Virus record (IMG/VR): IMGVR_UViG_3300046804_004214
From: an uncultured virus (IMG/VR IMGVR_UViG_3300046804_004214)
Lineage: Duplodnaviria; Heunggongvirae; Uroviricota; Caudoviricetes
Strand: one strand, 5' to 3'
DNA length: 64,000 nucleotides
Shown: piece by piece, positions 1-8,940 of the stretch
Numbering within the stretch: the stretch's first letter is position 1
How the letters are laid out: each line of letters begins with the position of its first letter
The notes under the pieces: model-generated
Seen by the model: only the letters and a program-made list of their open reading frames with translations
What the model was told of the DNA's origin: nothing
Databases searched by the model: none
Made by a program: the position numbers and the translations under genes

Positions 1-1562
1 CTATAGTTGATACGATAAGGACTATTAAAACACGCAGCAATACGCCAGATGTTCTTCATTTGGTGTTCCAGTTGCTTACCAGAAACTTTACTGGTGAGAA
101 GGTTCATTAGAGAAAAAGTCTCATCAATCGCAATAAGTCCTTCTTTCTTCTCATAGTGAGGAGTTCTATCGGCAGCAATATGCTCTCCTTTAGCATAATC
201 AAAATAAGGACGACGCCATTCTCCCGTGAAAGCATAAACTTCAAAAGGAATGGAAACTTTCTTACAGAACCAAATCAGGTTAAAGAGTTGCTTACAAGTA
301 TCCAGAAGGACATTTTGCATAGAGCCACTCCAATCCAGAATGAAGATAAGTCCGTGGTTCTTACCATCAGGAAGAACAGTAACTTTCTTAAAGAGGTCTT
401 CGCTGAACTTATAAGAATGTAGACGAGCAGTATCAAGAACACCTGTGCGAGCAGTAGAAGCACGGGCATAACTATCTGCTGCTTTACGGCACTCAAACTC
501 TTTCACAAGATAGTTGACTTCCTTTTGAGCAGAGTTCTTGAACTTTTGAAACTCAAGGTCCACATTCTCAAAGATATTGATGGGAGATATTTTCATTTCT
601 TTGCGAGAAGCATCACAACCAGTCTGCTGTTGAGTAAAAGATTTATCAATCTCTTCGTGAACCTCAGAGTTCTTACCAATAATCGTATCAAGATTAACTT
701 TAGGAAGTTCTACATAAACATTATCTACACCTTCGTGATTTGCAAGATTGCGGAGTTTATCTTCCAGAGATTCTGCAGTACGAACTTCAGGTTCTTCTTT
801 TTCTTGAATAGAAGAAGGTGCAATAGTGTTTTGCTCATTTTGAGCGGTCCCATCACTATTTTCCTCAGATTCCTTTTGAGTAGATTCTGATTCGTTAGTT
901 TTACCTTCCTGCTCATCATTAGGTTGTTCCGTTTCTACTTCCTCATCAGAAGCAGAAGTAGAAGAACCTTGAGTTTCGTGAGAATCAAAGTCAGCAACTT
1001 TTTGTTGTTGTTCCTTTTCTTTCTTGCAGTACTTATAAAGCTCTTCAGCAGCAATCAGAACATCTGCAAAAGTTTCAGAGACACCAATCAGGTCAACAAT
1101 CCCCTTTTCTTCTGGAGTGAAATCCAGAGGAAGAAAGTTACCAACCTTGAAGTAAAGATTTGCTTTGTCTGCAAGATTGAACTTGGAAATATCCTCACCT
1201 TCAAGTTGAAAGAAATCTTCCTCATTCAGTTCTTTATAACCACCAAAGAAAGTCTTAGCAAGTCCAGCATACTTACGCTTCATCAGTTTCTCAATACGGG
1301 CATCCTCTACCACATTTACAAACTGAGCAGGAACCTTTGTAGTCTCAGTCCAATCCTCATCAGGCGTGAAGAGTGCGTGACCGACTTCGTGACCCACCAA
1401 AAGGTCATAGACGGTGTTGCTTGCTTTCTCCCACAGAGGGAGGGTCAGGACGCGAGTATGGACGTTAAAGCAGGCAGTCTGGACCTTCTTATGCTCCACT
1501 ACAAGGTCTTCAGTCGCAAGCAGTTTCGCAAGTTGGGATTTGATTTCGTGGCGAACAGGCAT
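1..1562 (-). CDS. HEXXH metallopeptidase-like / VWA (CobT-like) protein, 3' end runs off the window; not in the ORF track
   Basis: Manual translation from ATG at 1562: MPVRHEIKSQLAKLLATEDLVVEHKK...LLVGHEVGHALFTP (HEXXH), an acidic linker, then LIFILDWSGSM (VWA MIDAS DxSxS). The frame-checked ends are in register down to position 3. Confidence 0.85.
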   Translation of the reverse strand, partial: MPVRHEIKSQLAKLLATEDLVVEHKKVQTACFNVHTRVLTLPLWEKASNTVYDLLVGHEVGHALFTPDEDWTETTKVPAQFVNVVEDARIEKLMKRKYAGLAKTFFGGYKELNEEDFFQLEGEDISKFNLADKANLYFKVGNFLPLDFTPEEKGIVDLIGVSETFADVLIAAEELYKYCKKEKEQQQKVADFDSHETQGSSTSASDEEVETEQPNDEQEGKTNESESTQKESEENSDGTAQNEQNTIAPSSIQEKEEPEVRTAESLEDKLRNLANHEGVDNVYVELPKVNLDTIIGKNSEVHEEIDKSFTQQQTGCDASRKEMKISPINIFENVDLEFQKFKNSAQKEVNYLVKEFECRKAADSYARASTARTGVLDTARLHSYKFSEDLFKKVTVLPDGKNHGLIFILDWSGSMQNVLLDTCKQLFNLIWFCKKVSIPFEVYAFTGEWRRPYFDYAKGEHIAADRTPHYEKKEGLIAIDETFSLMNLLTSKVSGKQLEHQMKNIWRIAACFNSPYRINY

Positions 1563-1584
1563 CGGTTTTGTTTCGTATGACCCT

Positions 1585-1640
1585 ATTATACGAAAAAAGG
1601 AGGTCTTGTGACCTCCAAGTGGACACTTTGGGAACTGGTC
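1585..1640 (-). promoter_or_regulatory. Putative early-type promoter: GACCAGTTCCCAAAGTGTCCAC motif, hairpin, then TATAAT
   Basis: Minus-strand TATAAT at 1585-1590 has no TTGACA at the -35 position. The upstream motif at 1619-1640 resembles an intergenic motif I recall from cyanomyoviruses. Confidence 0.5.
1593..1616 (-). terminator. Rho-independent terminator
   Basis: GGAGGTC-ACAA-GACCTCC followed by T6 on the minus strand, downstream of 1641..2216. Confidence 0.75.
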
Positions 1641-2216
1641 TCAACCGATAATACTATCTCTCCACTCTTCACTCATATTCACCATAATACGTTCTGCTGC
1701 TTCTGGGGTTTCAGCATATCCTTCATCAAGTAAGTGTGAGAGGATGATGTCGTAAATATCATAACTTTCAGCACTTACACCAGTTTTCTTTTGTCTTTCA
1801 AGTTTCTTACCTTTTGGTTTTCCACCTGGAGCACTTGGACCACCATCCCAATCTGGGTCATATCCAGTATGCCCGTATTCTGCCTCACCTCTTGAATGGT
1901 CCCTATCTTTTTGTGTCATTTTAAATCCTTGTCTTCCCGCAGTATAACGGGATTTGGTGGATTTCTTACCTCTGTTTCCAGCATCAGGATTACCTGTTCT
2001 ATAAAAATGCTTTGTGGCAGCATCTACCTTTTTAGTTTTTTCACCTCTCTTTGAAAACCCACTTGCGGGAGTTGTTCTTCTCTTATTAGCAAGGTCTCCA
2101 TATGCTTGTCTTGCTTTAGGAGTTTGTCCATAAGAACCTTCTGCTTCATCAAGTTCCTGTTCTTGATAAACTTCCAAATATGCTTCTTGAATACTACGAA
2201 GTTCTTGTGCGTCCAT
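1641..2216 (-). CDS. Cyanophage late protein, probable internal head protein
   Basis: Acidic N-terminus (ELDE), basic middle, C-terminal LLDEGYAETPEAAERIMVNMSEEW motif typical of cyanomyovirus paralogous late proteins; late promoter upstream. Confidence 0.65.
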   Translation of the reverse strand: MDAQELRSIQEAYLEVYQEQELDEAEGSYGQTPKARQAYGDLANKRRTTPASGFSKRGEKTKKVDAATKHFYRTGNPDAGNRGKKSTKSRYTAGRQGFKMTQKDRDHSRGEAEYGHTGYDPDWDGGPSAPGGKPKGKKLERQKKTGVSAESYDIYDIILSHLLDEGYAETPEAAERIMVNMSEEWRDSIIG

Positions 2217-2236
2217 CTTACAAATAATTTTTTATA

Positions 2237-2244
2237 TATTTATA
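2237..2244 (-). promoter_or_regulatory. T4-type late promoter TATAAATA
   Basis: Exact gp55 consensus about 20 nt upstream of the ATG at 2216. Confidence 0.8.
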
Positions 2245-2377
2245 AAAAAGAAGCGTCTCGTTGATTGAGACGCTTCTTGAGTGCTTGTCTTCGTGCTTTT
2301 GCTTGCCTCAGTGCTTGCGGTTTAAGTTTTCGTTTCTGTTCTTTTTTAGAATGGTGCTTCCAGTTTGGTACTTGCAT
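2240..2377 (-). CDS. Small basic protein (45 aa); not in the ORF track
   Basis: MQVPNWKHHSKKEQKRKLKPQALRQAKARRQALKKRLNQRDASFL* fills the gap after g46 and resembles a conserved cyanophage ORF at this position. Confidence 0.75.
   Translation of the reverse strand: MQVPNWKHHSKKEQKRKLKPQALRQAKARRQALKKRLNQRDASFL
2244..2278 (-). terminator. Rho-independent terminator
   Basis: 12-bp stem AAGAAGCGTCTC / GAGACGCTTCTT with a 7-nt loop, followed by a T run. Confidence 0.8.
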
Positions 2378-2391
2378 TTTTCTTGAGTGGT

Positions 2392-4104
2392 TCAGACCAC
2401 CATACGCGAGAAACCTTTGTGTTTCTCAAACTTTATGACACTTTCAAATTTGTCCTCTAAACCAGTCTTATGAGAAATGACGAATATATTAGCATCCTTA
2501 ATCACATAACGAATGATTTTAAGAAACTCTTCTGTTCCAAATCCATCAAGTGAACTATCAAACACTTCATCCATAATCAGGAGATTTGTGTTGACTGAGT
2601 TTTTAAACCTTGCAACTTCTCTCCAAGTGAAAAGGAGTGCAAGGTCAATTCTCATTTTTTCACCCTCACTAAAAGATGCATAAGAGAAATCTTCGTGAAT
2701 AGGTGATTGGACGGTTTCGTTAAACTCCTCATCAAGTGTAAAGTTAATGTAGAAATCCATCATCTGTAGATAACGGTTTACTTGCTGATTTATCAGCGGT
2801 AGGTACTTCTTGATGATTTTAGTTTTTACTCCCCCGTCCTTAAGCAAACTATAAGTGAAATCGTAGTAGTTAACTGAGTCCTTTTTAGAGGCTAGTTCTT
2901 CGTATGTAGTTTGGAGATTGTTTCTGAAATTTTCTAACTTCTCATGTTCAGTATTTCGGTTTTCAAGTTGAGTGGTAATAGTTTGAATTTCCGATTCAAG
3001 ATCTCTGATTTGTCGCTGACATCCAGTGATCTTAATATTATTTTGAGAAATTTCATTTGTAAGTTTTGTAATCTCCTTAGAAAGAGCAAGGAATTGACGC
3101 TCTCGCTCTTCTTCCTCTTTAATTGCCTCCTCCAGTTCTTTGTAACCAGATTGCAACTCTTTTGCTTTAGATTGAGCGTCTGTAATTCTATTTATTCTGA
3201 AGGTCTCTTCTATAGATTGAGTGCAAGTAGGACAAACCGAATTTTCTGCAAAAAACTTATGTTCTTTAGTGATAGTAGATACCTTTTGAGATATTTTACC
3301 CTTCAGATTTCCAAGTTTACGAAGTTTGTCAGTTGCACCAGTCACATACTCTTGTTCCTTACTAAACCCAAATACCCTTTCTTCAGTTACTGAATTTTCC
3401 TTCATATGAAGTTCAATCTCAGACATTAGATCGGAAATTTTCCGATTATTGTTGTTTATATTATCCTTTCCACGATTCTCAAGTTCTTCAATGAACTCCC
3501 TTTGCATCTTGACTTTATCGTTGAGAGATTCTTTCTTCAACTCAAGAGTTTTAATCTCATCTTTAAGCATACGAATCTTTTCTTTGATTACATTATTCAT
3601 AGAAGAAAAGATTTTAATATCAAGCAAATCCTCAATGACCTCACGACGATGAGATGCAGGAAGTTGCATAAAAGGCACAAAAGTACTTGAACCGAGAATT
3701 ACAATCTGAGTAAAAGACTTATAGTTCATTTTAAGAACATTTTGCTCCAACCATTTTTGCTGGTCCAAAGCTGCAGCAGATTGGTCCAAAAGAGAATCAT
3801 CACGATAAACTTCAAAAATATTTGGTTTGATACCTCTGACAACCTTCCAAGAAGTACTTCCAATATCAAATTCAACTTCAACTTTACAATCTCTATCATT
3901 TGTTGAGTTGATAAGTTGAGGTTTATTAATCTTGCGGAATGGTTTTCCAAACAAAGAAAAAGTTAATGCATCAAGAACTGTACTTTTTCCTGCACCATTA
4001 GATCCAATAATGAGATTCGTTGAGTTTTTTGTGAAATCAACTTCAGTAAATTGATTTCCCGTAGAAAGAAAATTTTTCCAACGAATAGTCTTAAATAAAA
4101 TCAT
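2392..4104 (-). CDS. g46: Recombination endonuclease ATPase subunit (Rad50/SbcC-like)
   Basis: Walker A GSNGAGKS, CPTC zinc hook, FSEGE signature, LLIMDEVFD Walker B. Confidence 0.97.
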   Translation of the reverse strand: MILFKTIRWKNFLSTGNQFTEVDFTKNSTNLIIGSNGAGKSTVLDALTFSLFGKPFRKINKPQLINSTNDRDCKVEVEFDIGSTSWKVVRGIKPNIFEVYRDDSLLDQSAAALDQQKWLEQNVLKMNYKSFTQIVILGSSTFVPFMQLPASHRREVIEDLLDIKIFSSMNNVIKEKIRMLKDEIKTLELKKESLNDKVKMQREFIEELENRGKDNINNNNRKISDLMSEIELHMKENSVTEERVFGFSKEQEYVTGATDKLRKLGNLKGKISQKVSTITKEHKFFAENSVCPTCTQSIEETFRINRITDAQSKAKELQSGYKELEEAIKEEEERERQFLALSKEITKLTNEISQNNIKITGCQRQIRDLESEIQTITTQLENRNTEHEKLENFRNNLQTTYEELASKKDSVNYYDFTYSLLKDGGVKTKIIKKYLPLINQQVNRYLQMMDFYINFTLDEEFNETVQSPIHEDFSYASFSEGEKMRIDLALLFTWREVARFKNSVNTNLLIMDEVFDSSLDGFGTEEFLKIIRYVIKDANIFVISHKTGLEDKFESVIKFEKHKGFSRMVV

Positions 4105-4366
4105 GGGTCACATTTCTTGGAGGAATAACAATATCGTCAGGAGTAATTAAAGTATATTGATAGTCATGAAGTTCGCAAGTTTTTATCATCACTTTATCCT
4201 CTATTTCAATTACATGCATTTCGGGATATCCATCTTCTTCTAACATCATAGCATATCGTATTGCATCATCTTCTTCTTGGAACAGATAAAGGATATGTTC
4301 TCCTTCATCATCCATTACTGAATATGCACCTTCTTTTTCTCTACCATTAATTGTTAGAATAAACAT
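4091..4366 (-). CDS. Conserved cyanophage protein, DUF3110-like
   Basis: LYLFQEEDDAIRYAMMLEE motif; lies between g47 and g46. Confidence 0.65.
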   Translation of the reverse strand: MFILTINGREKEGAYSVMDDEGEHILYLFQEEDDAIRYAMMLEEDGYPEMHVIEIEDKVMIKTCELHDYQYTLITPDDIVIPPRNVTHDFI

Positions 4367-5400
4367 TAAACCATTTCACATGCTTCTTGATAAACTTCTT
4401 GAAGTAATTTTTGAATTATAGATTTATCAAGATTAACTTCTGCCTCCTCAATATATCTATTCAGGATTGAAAGTGTATCTTCCGATTCAAATGCTTCAAA
4501 CTCCACAGATTCTTGAATCTCGAAGTTTTCAACAATTTTTAATTCGGCAATATTAGAAGCATAAAGTTTATCGATAAACTTTTCAAAATGTTTAGTATTC
4601 GTTTTCTTGCGAACAACTACTTTTACAATTTTATTTTCATATTCTCGTGTATCGAAAGTTTGATAGTTAGTATCCTCATAATAAATGTTATGGAACATTC
4701 TATAAGGATTATTGATAGGTTCGTGCTCTAAAGTTTTAGTATCAAAGATAGTAAACCCGCGAGTATCGCCTACATCAGTCCAGTAAATTTCATAAGGATT
4801 TCCCGTATAGAATACAATTCCATTATTAGAACGAGTGTGGTAATGACCAGAAAATACCTTTTTGAAGTTCTTAAAAATATCTGCTTCCAGTCCGTGTTCC
4901 ATAACCAAAGAACGATTCACACGAAATCCTTGAAGTTCTAAATGACCCATAGCAACTTTTGCTTTGGTCTTTTTAATTAATTTCAAAGATTGCTCTTCAT
5001 TATCCATACAAATCCAAGGAAGAAGTAGAACATCAAGACTTCCTACTTTAATCTCTATTGGACTTGAATATGTTTTTACATTTGGATAATCCTTAAGAAG
5101 AAGTTGTGGAGAGTTAGTATTGTTTGTATTTTTATAATAAGAATCATGATTACCAACAATCATATGAACATCATAATTTCTGAGAGGTTCAAATACAACT
5201 CTTTTTGCCCACTCTAAACTTTGATAGTCAATTGATTTGCGACTATCAAAAGCATCTCCCATATGAATAACTGTTGTAATCCCGTACTGTTCCAGCGTCG
5301 GGAAGAACACATTCTTATAGAAGAGTTCAAAATAATCATGGAAAAGTTTTGAACCTTTACGAGCACCATAATGAGTGTCGTTAATCAAAGCTACTTTCAT
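4366..5400 (-). CDS. g47: Recombination endonuclease nuclease subunit (Mre11/SbcD-like)
   Basis: Metallophosphoesterase motifs DTH, GD, GNHD, GHYH. Confidence 0.96.
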   Translation of the reverse strand: MKVALINDTHYGARKGSKLFHDYFELFYKNVFFPTLEQYGITTVIHMGDAFDSRKSIDYQSLEWAKRVVFEPLRNYDVHMIVGNHDSYYKNTNNTNSPQLLLKDYPNVKTYSSPIEIKVGSLDVLLLPWICMDNEEQSLKLIKKTKAKVAMGHLELQGFRVNRSLVMEHGLEADIFKNFKKVFSGHYHTRSNNGIVFYTGNPYEIYWTDVGDTRGFTIFDTKTLEHEPINNPYRMFHNIYYEDTNYQTFDTREYENKIVKVVVRKKTNTKHFEKFIDKLYASNIAELKIVENFEIQESVEFEAFESEDTLSILNRYIEEAEVNLDKSIIQKLLQEVYQEACEMV

Positions 5401-5895
5401 TCAATAACGAAGTTTGGAGTGGACATTATCCTTGATACTATTGTAGTCGCTGTAGTTGGATCCGTCAAGGCTGTTGTCCTCAAAAACTTCAGAAAATCCA
5501 GAACGCTCAAGGATTTTGTTCTTGATTTCTAACTGACGCTTTTCTCTTTGAATACGACGAAGGAAAGCATAGTGAATGATTTGAGTGAAGTAAGCGAAAG
5601 GATTTTGTGACTTCTCAGGATTGAAGTTATGAATATACTGAACACAGTTTTCAATCCCATCAGAAATCATATCTTCCTTGAACATATAGTTCACAAAATT
5701 TGGTTTGAATGAAAGGTGATTAGCAATCTTCAAGAAACACTCTCCGATGTAGCGAGGAATGGGAGGTTTTGTCTTATCTTGAATACGAGCAATCTCAATA
5801 TCTTCACGATACTTAATAAGAGCAGCAAGAAACTCTTTATTGTTAACGTAATGCTCTGACCTTTTTCTCTTGGTCATAACTGCTGTGGTTATCAT
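5401..5895 (-). CDS. g55: Late-transcription sigma factor
   Basis: HYVNNKEF, EDMISDGIENC, NPFAYFTQIIHYAFLRRIQREK. Confidence 0.97.
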   Translation of the reverse strand: MITTAVMTKRKRSEHYVNNKEFLAALIKYREDIEIARIQDKTKPPIPRYIGECFLKIANHLSFKPNFVNYMFKEDMISDGIENCVQYIHNFNPEKSQNPFAYFTQIIHYAFLRRIQREKRQLEIKNKILERSGFSEVFEDNSLDGSNYSDYNSIKDNVHSKLRY

Positions 5896-5920
5896 AAGTT
5901 TTTATCATTAATATGTAGGT

Positions 5921-5949
5921 ATTATAACATTCAAACAAATACTTGACAA
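5921..5949 (-). promoter_or_regulatory. Sigma70-type promoter for g55
   Basis: TTGTCA-17 bp-TATAAT with a TGn extended -10. Confidence 0.8.
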
Positions 5950-5971
5950 CACTATAAAAACCCTGTACAAT
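5943..5971 (+). promoter_or_regulatory. Divergent sigma70-type promoter, antisense to the uvsW operon
   Basis: TTGACA (5943-5948)-17 bp-TACAAT (5966-5971). Confidence 0.7.
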
Positions 5972-5999
5972 AACCTTTGTCGGGGTTGAAAAAATTAAA

Positions 6000-6398
6000 T
6001 TAACTTTTTTTATAAAGCTTCTCTAAGATTTCTTTAGCATCATTAACATTAGCAATATATCCCATTCTGCGACTTATTTTTGATTTATTTGATCTTTCTT
6101 CTTTTGTAGATTGTCTCATATAATTTTGATGCATCATAATCATTTCAATATCAAAAGATTCGGACATTGTTAAAACATCCTCCAAATCAATAATAAACAT
6201 ATCATCTGTTGTTGTTTTTAACCAAGGCTCTATTTTATAACCCATTACTCCCGATCTACTTTTTATTTCATTAACAATTATTGGATTACTAACAATCAAT
6301 ATTGTTCTACATTCTTCCTCAGAAGCTGCCACCTTAGCAAAAATCTCTTCTCCTGTTTTTAGTTTAAGTGTTGCATAAAAGTCTTCTTCAATTCCCAT
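6000..6398 (-). CDS. Conserved cyanophage protein downstream of uvsW (possibly Sm-like fold)
   Basis: ATLKLKTGEEIFAKV...IEPWLK; conserved position. Confidence 0.75.
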   Translation of the reverse strand: MGIEEDFYATLKLKTGEEIFAKVAASEEECRTILIVSNPIIVNEIKSRSGVMGYKIEPWLKTTTDDMFIIDLEDVLTMSESFDIEMIMMHQNYMRQSTKEERSNKSKISRRMGYIANVNDAKEILEKLYKKS

Positions 6399-7860
6399 TT
6401 TTCTTAAGTTGTATAGTGTTTATTTCATAGTTGAAGTTTTCTTCATTATAGATTTTAATTCTTTCTATAAGATGATTGAGAGTATAATTTTTTCTTGAGT
6501 TATAAGTGCAATCATCAGCAATATCATAAAGAACTGCTTTTGTTTTGTTTTTTCCCTTTCTCAGTACTCTTCCAATTGACTGAAGATTACGAATTCTTGA
6601 TTTGCTTGGAGAAGCAAAAATTACATTGTGTAGATTTTTAATATTAATTCCTGTAGAGAAAGTTCCATAAGAAGCAACAATAATTGCATTATTTTCCCTT
6701 TCCGTAATTTCCCTAACTAATTCTCTTTCTTCAGTATCAACTCCACCATGAATAAAAAATACTTTACGATCATCTCGCTTATTATTATTTATCTTTTCGT
6801 ATAGTATTGCTCCGTGTGCTTCTACTCTGGAAAACAAAACAAGAGTATTTCCTTTTAGATCTAGAGTAAGATTTGTGATGAATTTATTTCTTTGTTCGTG
6901 GGAAATAAGATATTGAATTTCATCCTCGTATTTTTCAAATTTTTGTGGAGGATGTTTAAGAACAATACACTGTATATCTAACTGGGAAAGATGTCCTTGA
7001 CGCATCAATTCATCAGTTTTAGTAACCTTATATGAAGGACCAAATAATCCCTCCAGAACCCATTTATGTGTCTGAGTTCCGTCCAAAGTGCCGGTAAATC
7101 CAAAACGATACTTTGCGTGGTGGAGTTTTGACATAATATCTACAAGAGATTTGCTCTTGAATAAATGAGCTTCATCGCCTATAATAACGCCATAGTCTTC
7201 AAAGAATGAACGTTCTAATTTATAGACTGATTGCCAAGTCGTAATTGTGACCGGATGTTCATTCGTCTTTTCTCTACCAGAATATATTCTGTGGCAGTAT
7301 GACTCAGCATCCCAACCATAATCCTGAAAATCTTTATACATCTGCTCTACAAGAGATGTCGTTGGAACAACTAATAGTATTTTTTCGTTCTTATGTATAT
7401 AATATCTCACGAGAGAATAAATCATCAAAGATTTGCCTGATGCAGTGGGACTTATTAATAACTTACGGTTATGTCTTAGAGCATCGTATACTCCCTCTAT
7501 TTGATAATCTCTTGGAGAGTGAGAGCAAATAGAACTCATATAATCCTTAACGCCTTCATATGAGATATGCTCATTAATCTCAAAAGGTTGTCCATAGAAT
7601 TTATTTTCTTTAAATTCATATGTATAATTATGCAAGGAAAGTTTGTCGATTATCTTATCAAGAAGTCCGACATAAATTTCTCCGGTATGAGTACTTAAGA
7701 GCCTGATCTTTCCGTCCCAATGTCTGCTTCTATATTGGGACATAAATTTTGCAGACTCAACCTCAAATGTAAAATATGGTTGAAGTTCGTAAAGAATATG
7801 TGATTCGCAATGAAGTTTCAAAAATACTTCATTTTTCTTTTCAATAACTACGTCACTCAT
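6388..7860 (-). CDS. uvsW: RNA-DNA/DNA helicase UvsW (start 7860 or 7869)
   Basis: SPTASGKS, DEAH, QSIGRVLR SF2 motifs. Confidence 0.96.
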   Translation of the reverse strand: MSDVVIEKKNEVFLKLHCESHILYELQPYFTFEVESAKFMSQYRSRHWDGKIRLLSTHTGEIYVGLLDKIIDKLSLHNYTYEFKENKFYGQPFEINEHISYEGVKDYMSSICSHSPRDYQIEGVYDALRHNRKLLISPTASGKSLMIYSLVRYYIHKNEKILLVVPTTSLVEQMYKDFQDYGWDAESYCHRIYSGREKTNEHPVTITTWQSVYKLERSFFEDYGVIIGDEAHLFKSKSLVDIMSKLHHAKYRFGFTGTLDGTQTHKWVLEGLFGPSYKVTKTDELMRQGHLSQLDIQCIVLKHPPQKFEKYEDEIQYLISHEQRNKFITNLTLDLKGNTLVLFSRVEAHGAILYEKINNNKRDDRKVFFIHGGVDTEERELVREITERENNAIIVASYGTFSTGINIKNLHNVIFASPSKSRIRNLQSIGRVLRKGKNKTKAVLYDIADDCTYNSRKNYTLNHLIERIKIYNEENFNYEINTIQLKKNGN

Positions 7861-7887
7861 AACATTCATTATGCTATGAGTATTTAT

Positions 7888-8325
7888 TTACCCTAATCCA
7901 GACTGAAAACGAATAAATTCAATTGCATTTTTAATTTGATATGTCCTATTTTGAATCATTTTTAAGATGCTTTCAATATATACAAGTATTGTGTCATAAT
8001 AATCTATCTTCAAACAAACTGAAGATAACTTTTCGTCTGCATCAAGATACTTTTGCATAGTATCTTTATCCCTAATTTTTTTGGGGAAGGGGTTTTCTAC
8101 ATAAACATCAGGATCTGATTTTCCCGAATAATATTCGTAACGTTCATGGCGAATATTTCTTTTCTGTTGTTCTGCTTTTTTTCTTAAAAGAAATATTGTA
8201 TTATAGAGATCAAAATATTTTGCATGAAGAATCGGAATATTTAAAGATTCTGTATGTAAATTGTCCATATCCATTTTGGAATCTTGTTCCCACATTTTTT
8301 GGATACTATCCAAATCAATACTCAT
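7888..8325 (-). CDS. uvsY: Recombination mediator UvsY
   Basis: ESLNIPILHAKY, YLDADEKL, RTYQIKNAIEF; synteny. Confidence 0.92.
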   Translation of the reverse strand: MSIDLDSIQKMWEQDSKMDMDNLHTESLNIPILHAKYFDLYNTIFLLRKKAEQQKRNIRHERYEYYSGKSDPDVYVENPFPKKIRDKDTMQKYLDADEKLSSVCLKIDYYDTILVYIESILKMIQNRTYQIKNAIEFIRFQSGLG

Positions 8326-8873
8326 AGTGAATTTCCATTCAAATCGGTTATATCGTAAATAGTATACTTGAAACTTACATCTGCTGTAAAGTATTGAATA
8401 TCTGCCATCGTCGCATCAAAAACTAATGTTCCCAATGAATATGGGAATAAGTCTTTGAATGATATTTGAAAATTTGGAAGTTGTGAACTAGATAATATTT
8501 GCAGAGTACCATCAGAATATATTTTATGCCCTCTCTGGACATAATTTTCACTAGTTAATCCTTTAGAATCTAACTCTGCAAATTCTTCCAATCTTTCTGG
8601 ATATCCAAGACCGCGAATCCAATTTTGGATCTCCATATAATTTTCAAGGTTTTCGTCAACCAAAAATTTTAAATTCAAATCTCCAAAAATTATTTTATCT
8701 CCAGGTACATCAATATCTTTCAGATATGATGGTTGATTTGCTATACCAAGTGTCATATCTGGTATATTGGCTTCATTGCAGAAGAAAGCAACCTTTGGTG
8801 ATCTTGTTAGAGTAAATTTAAATCCAGTTGGTGATAGAAAATTTCTATTTTCTATTTGCCTTGCTCTTGCCAT
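8322..8873 (-). CDS. g3: Tail completion / sheath stabiliser
   Basis: NFLSPTGFKF, FLVDENLENYMEIQNWI, FKDLFPYSL. Confidence 0.92.
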   Translation of the reverse strand: MARARQIENRNFLSPTGFKFTLTRSPKVAFFCNEANIPDMTLGIANQPSYLKDIDVPGDKIIFGDLNLKFLVDENLENYMEIQNWIRGLGYPERLEEFAELDSKGLTSENYVQRGHKIYSDGTLQILSSSQLPNFQISFKDLFPYSLGTLVFDATMADIQYFTADVSFKYTIYDITDLNGNSL

Positions 8874-8891
8874 TTTTTTAAATATTTAGAT

Positions 8892-8916
8892 AAAAAAAGG
8901 AGGTCCTAAGACCTCC
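8892..8916 (-). terminator. Rho-independent terminator after the major capsid gene
   Basis: GGAGGTC-TTAG-GACCTCC plus T7, immediately followed by late-promoter-like TCTAAATA (8883-8890). Confidence 0.85.
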
Positions 8917-8940
8917 AGTAAAACTATGTGAATAAAACGA

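Noticed and set aside
156..1611. Plus-strand ORFs such as 924..1580 and 525..890
   Set aside because: Antisense shadows of the minus-strand HEXXH/VWA gene
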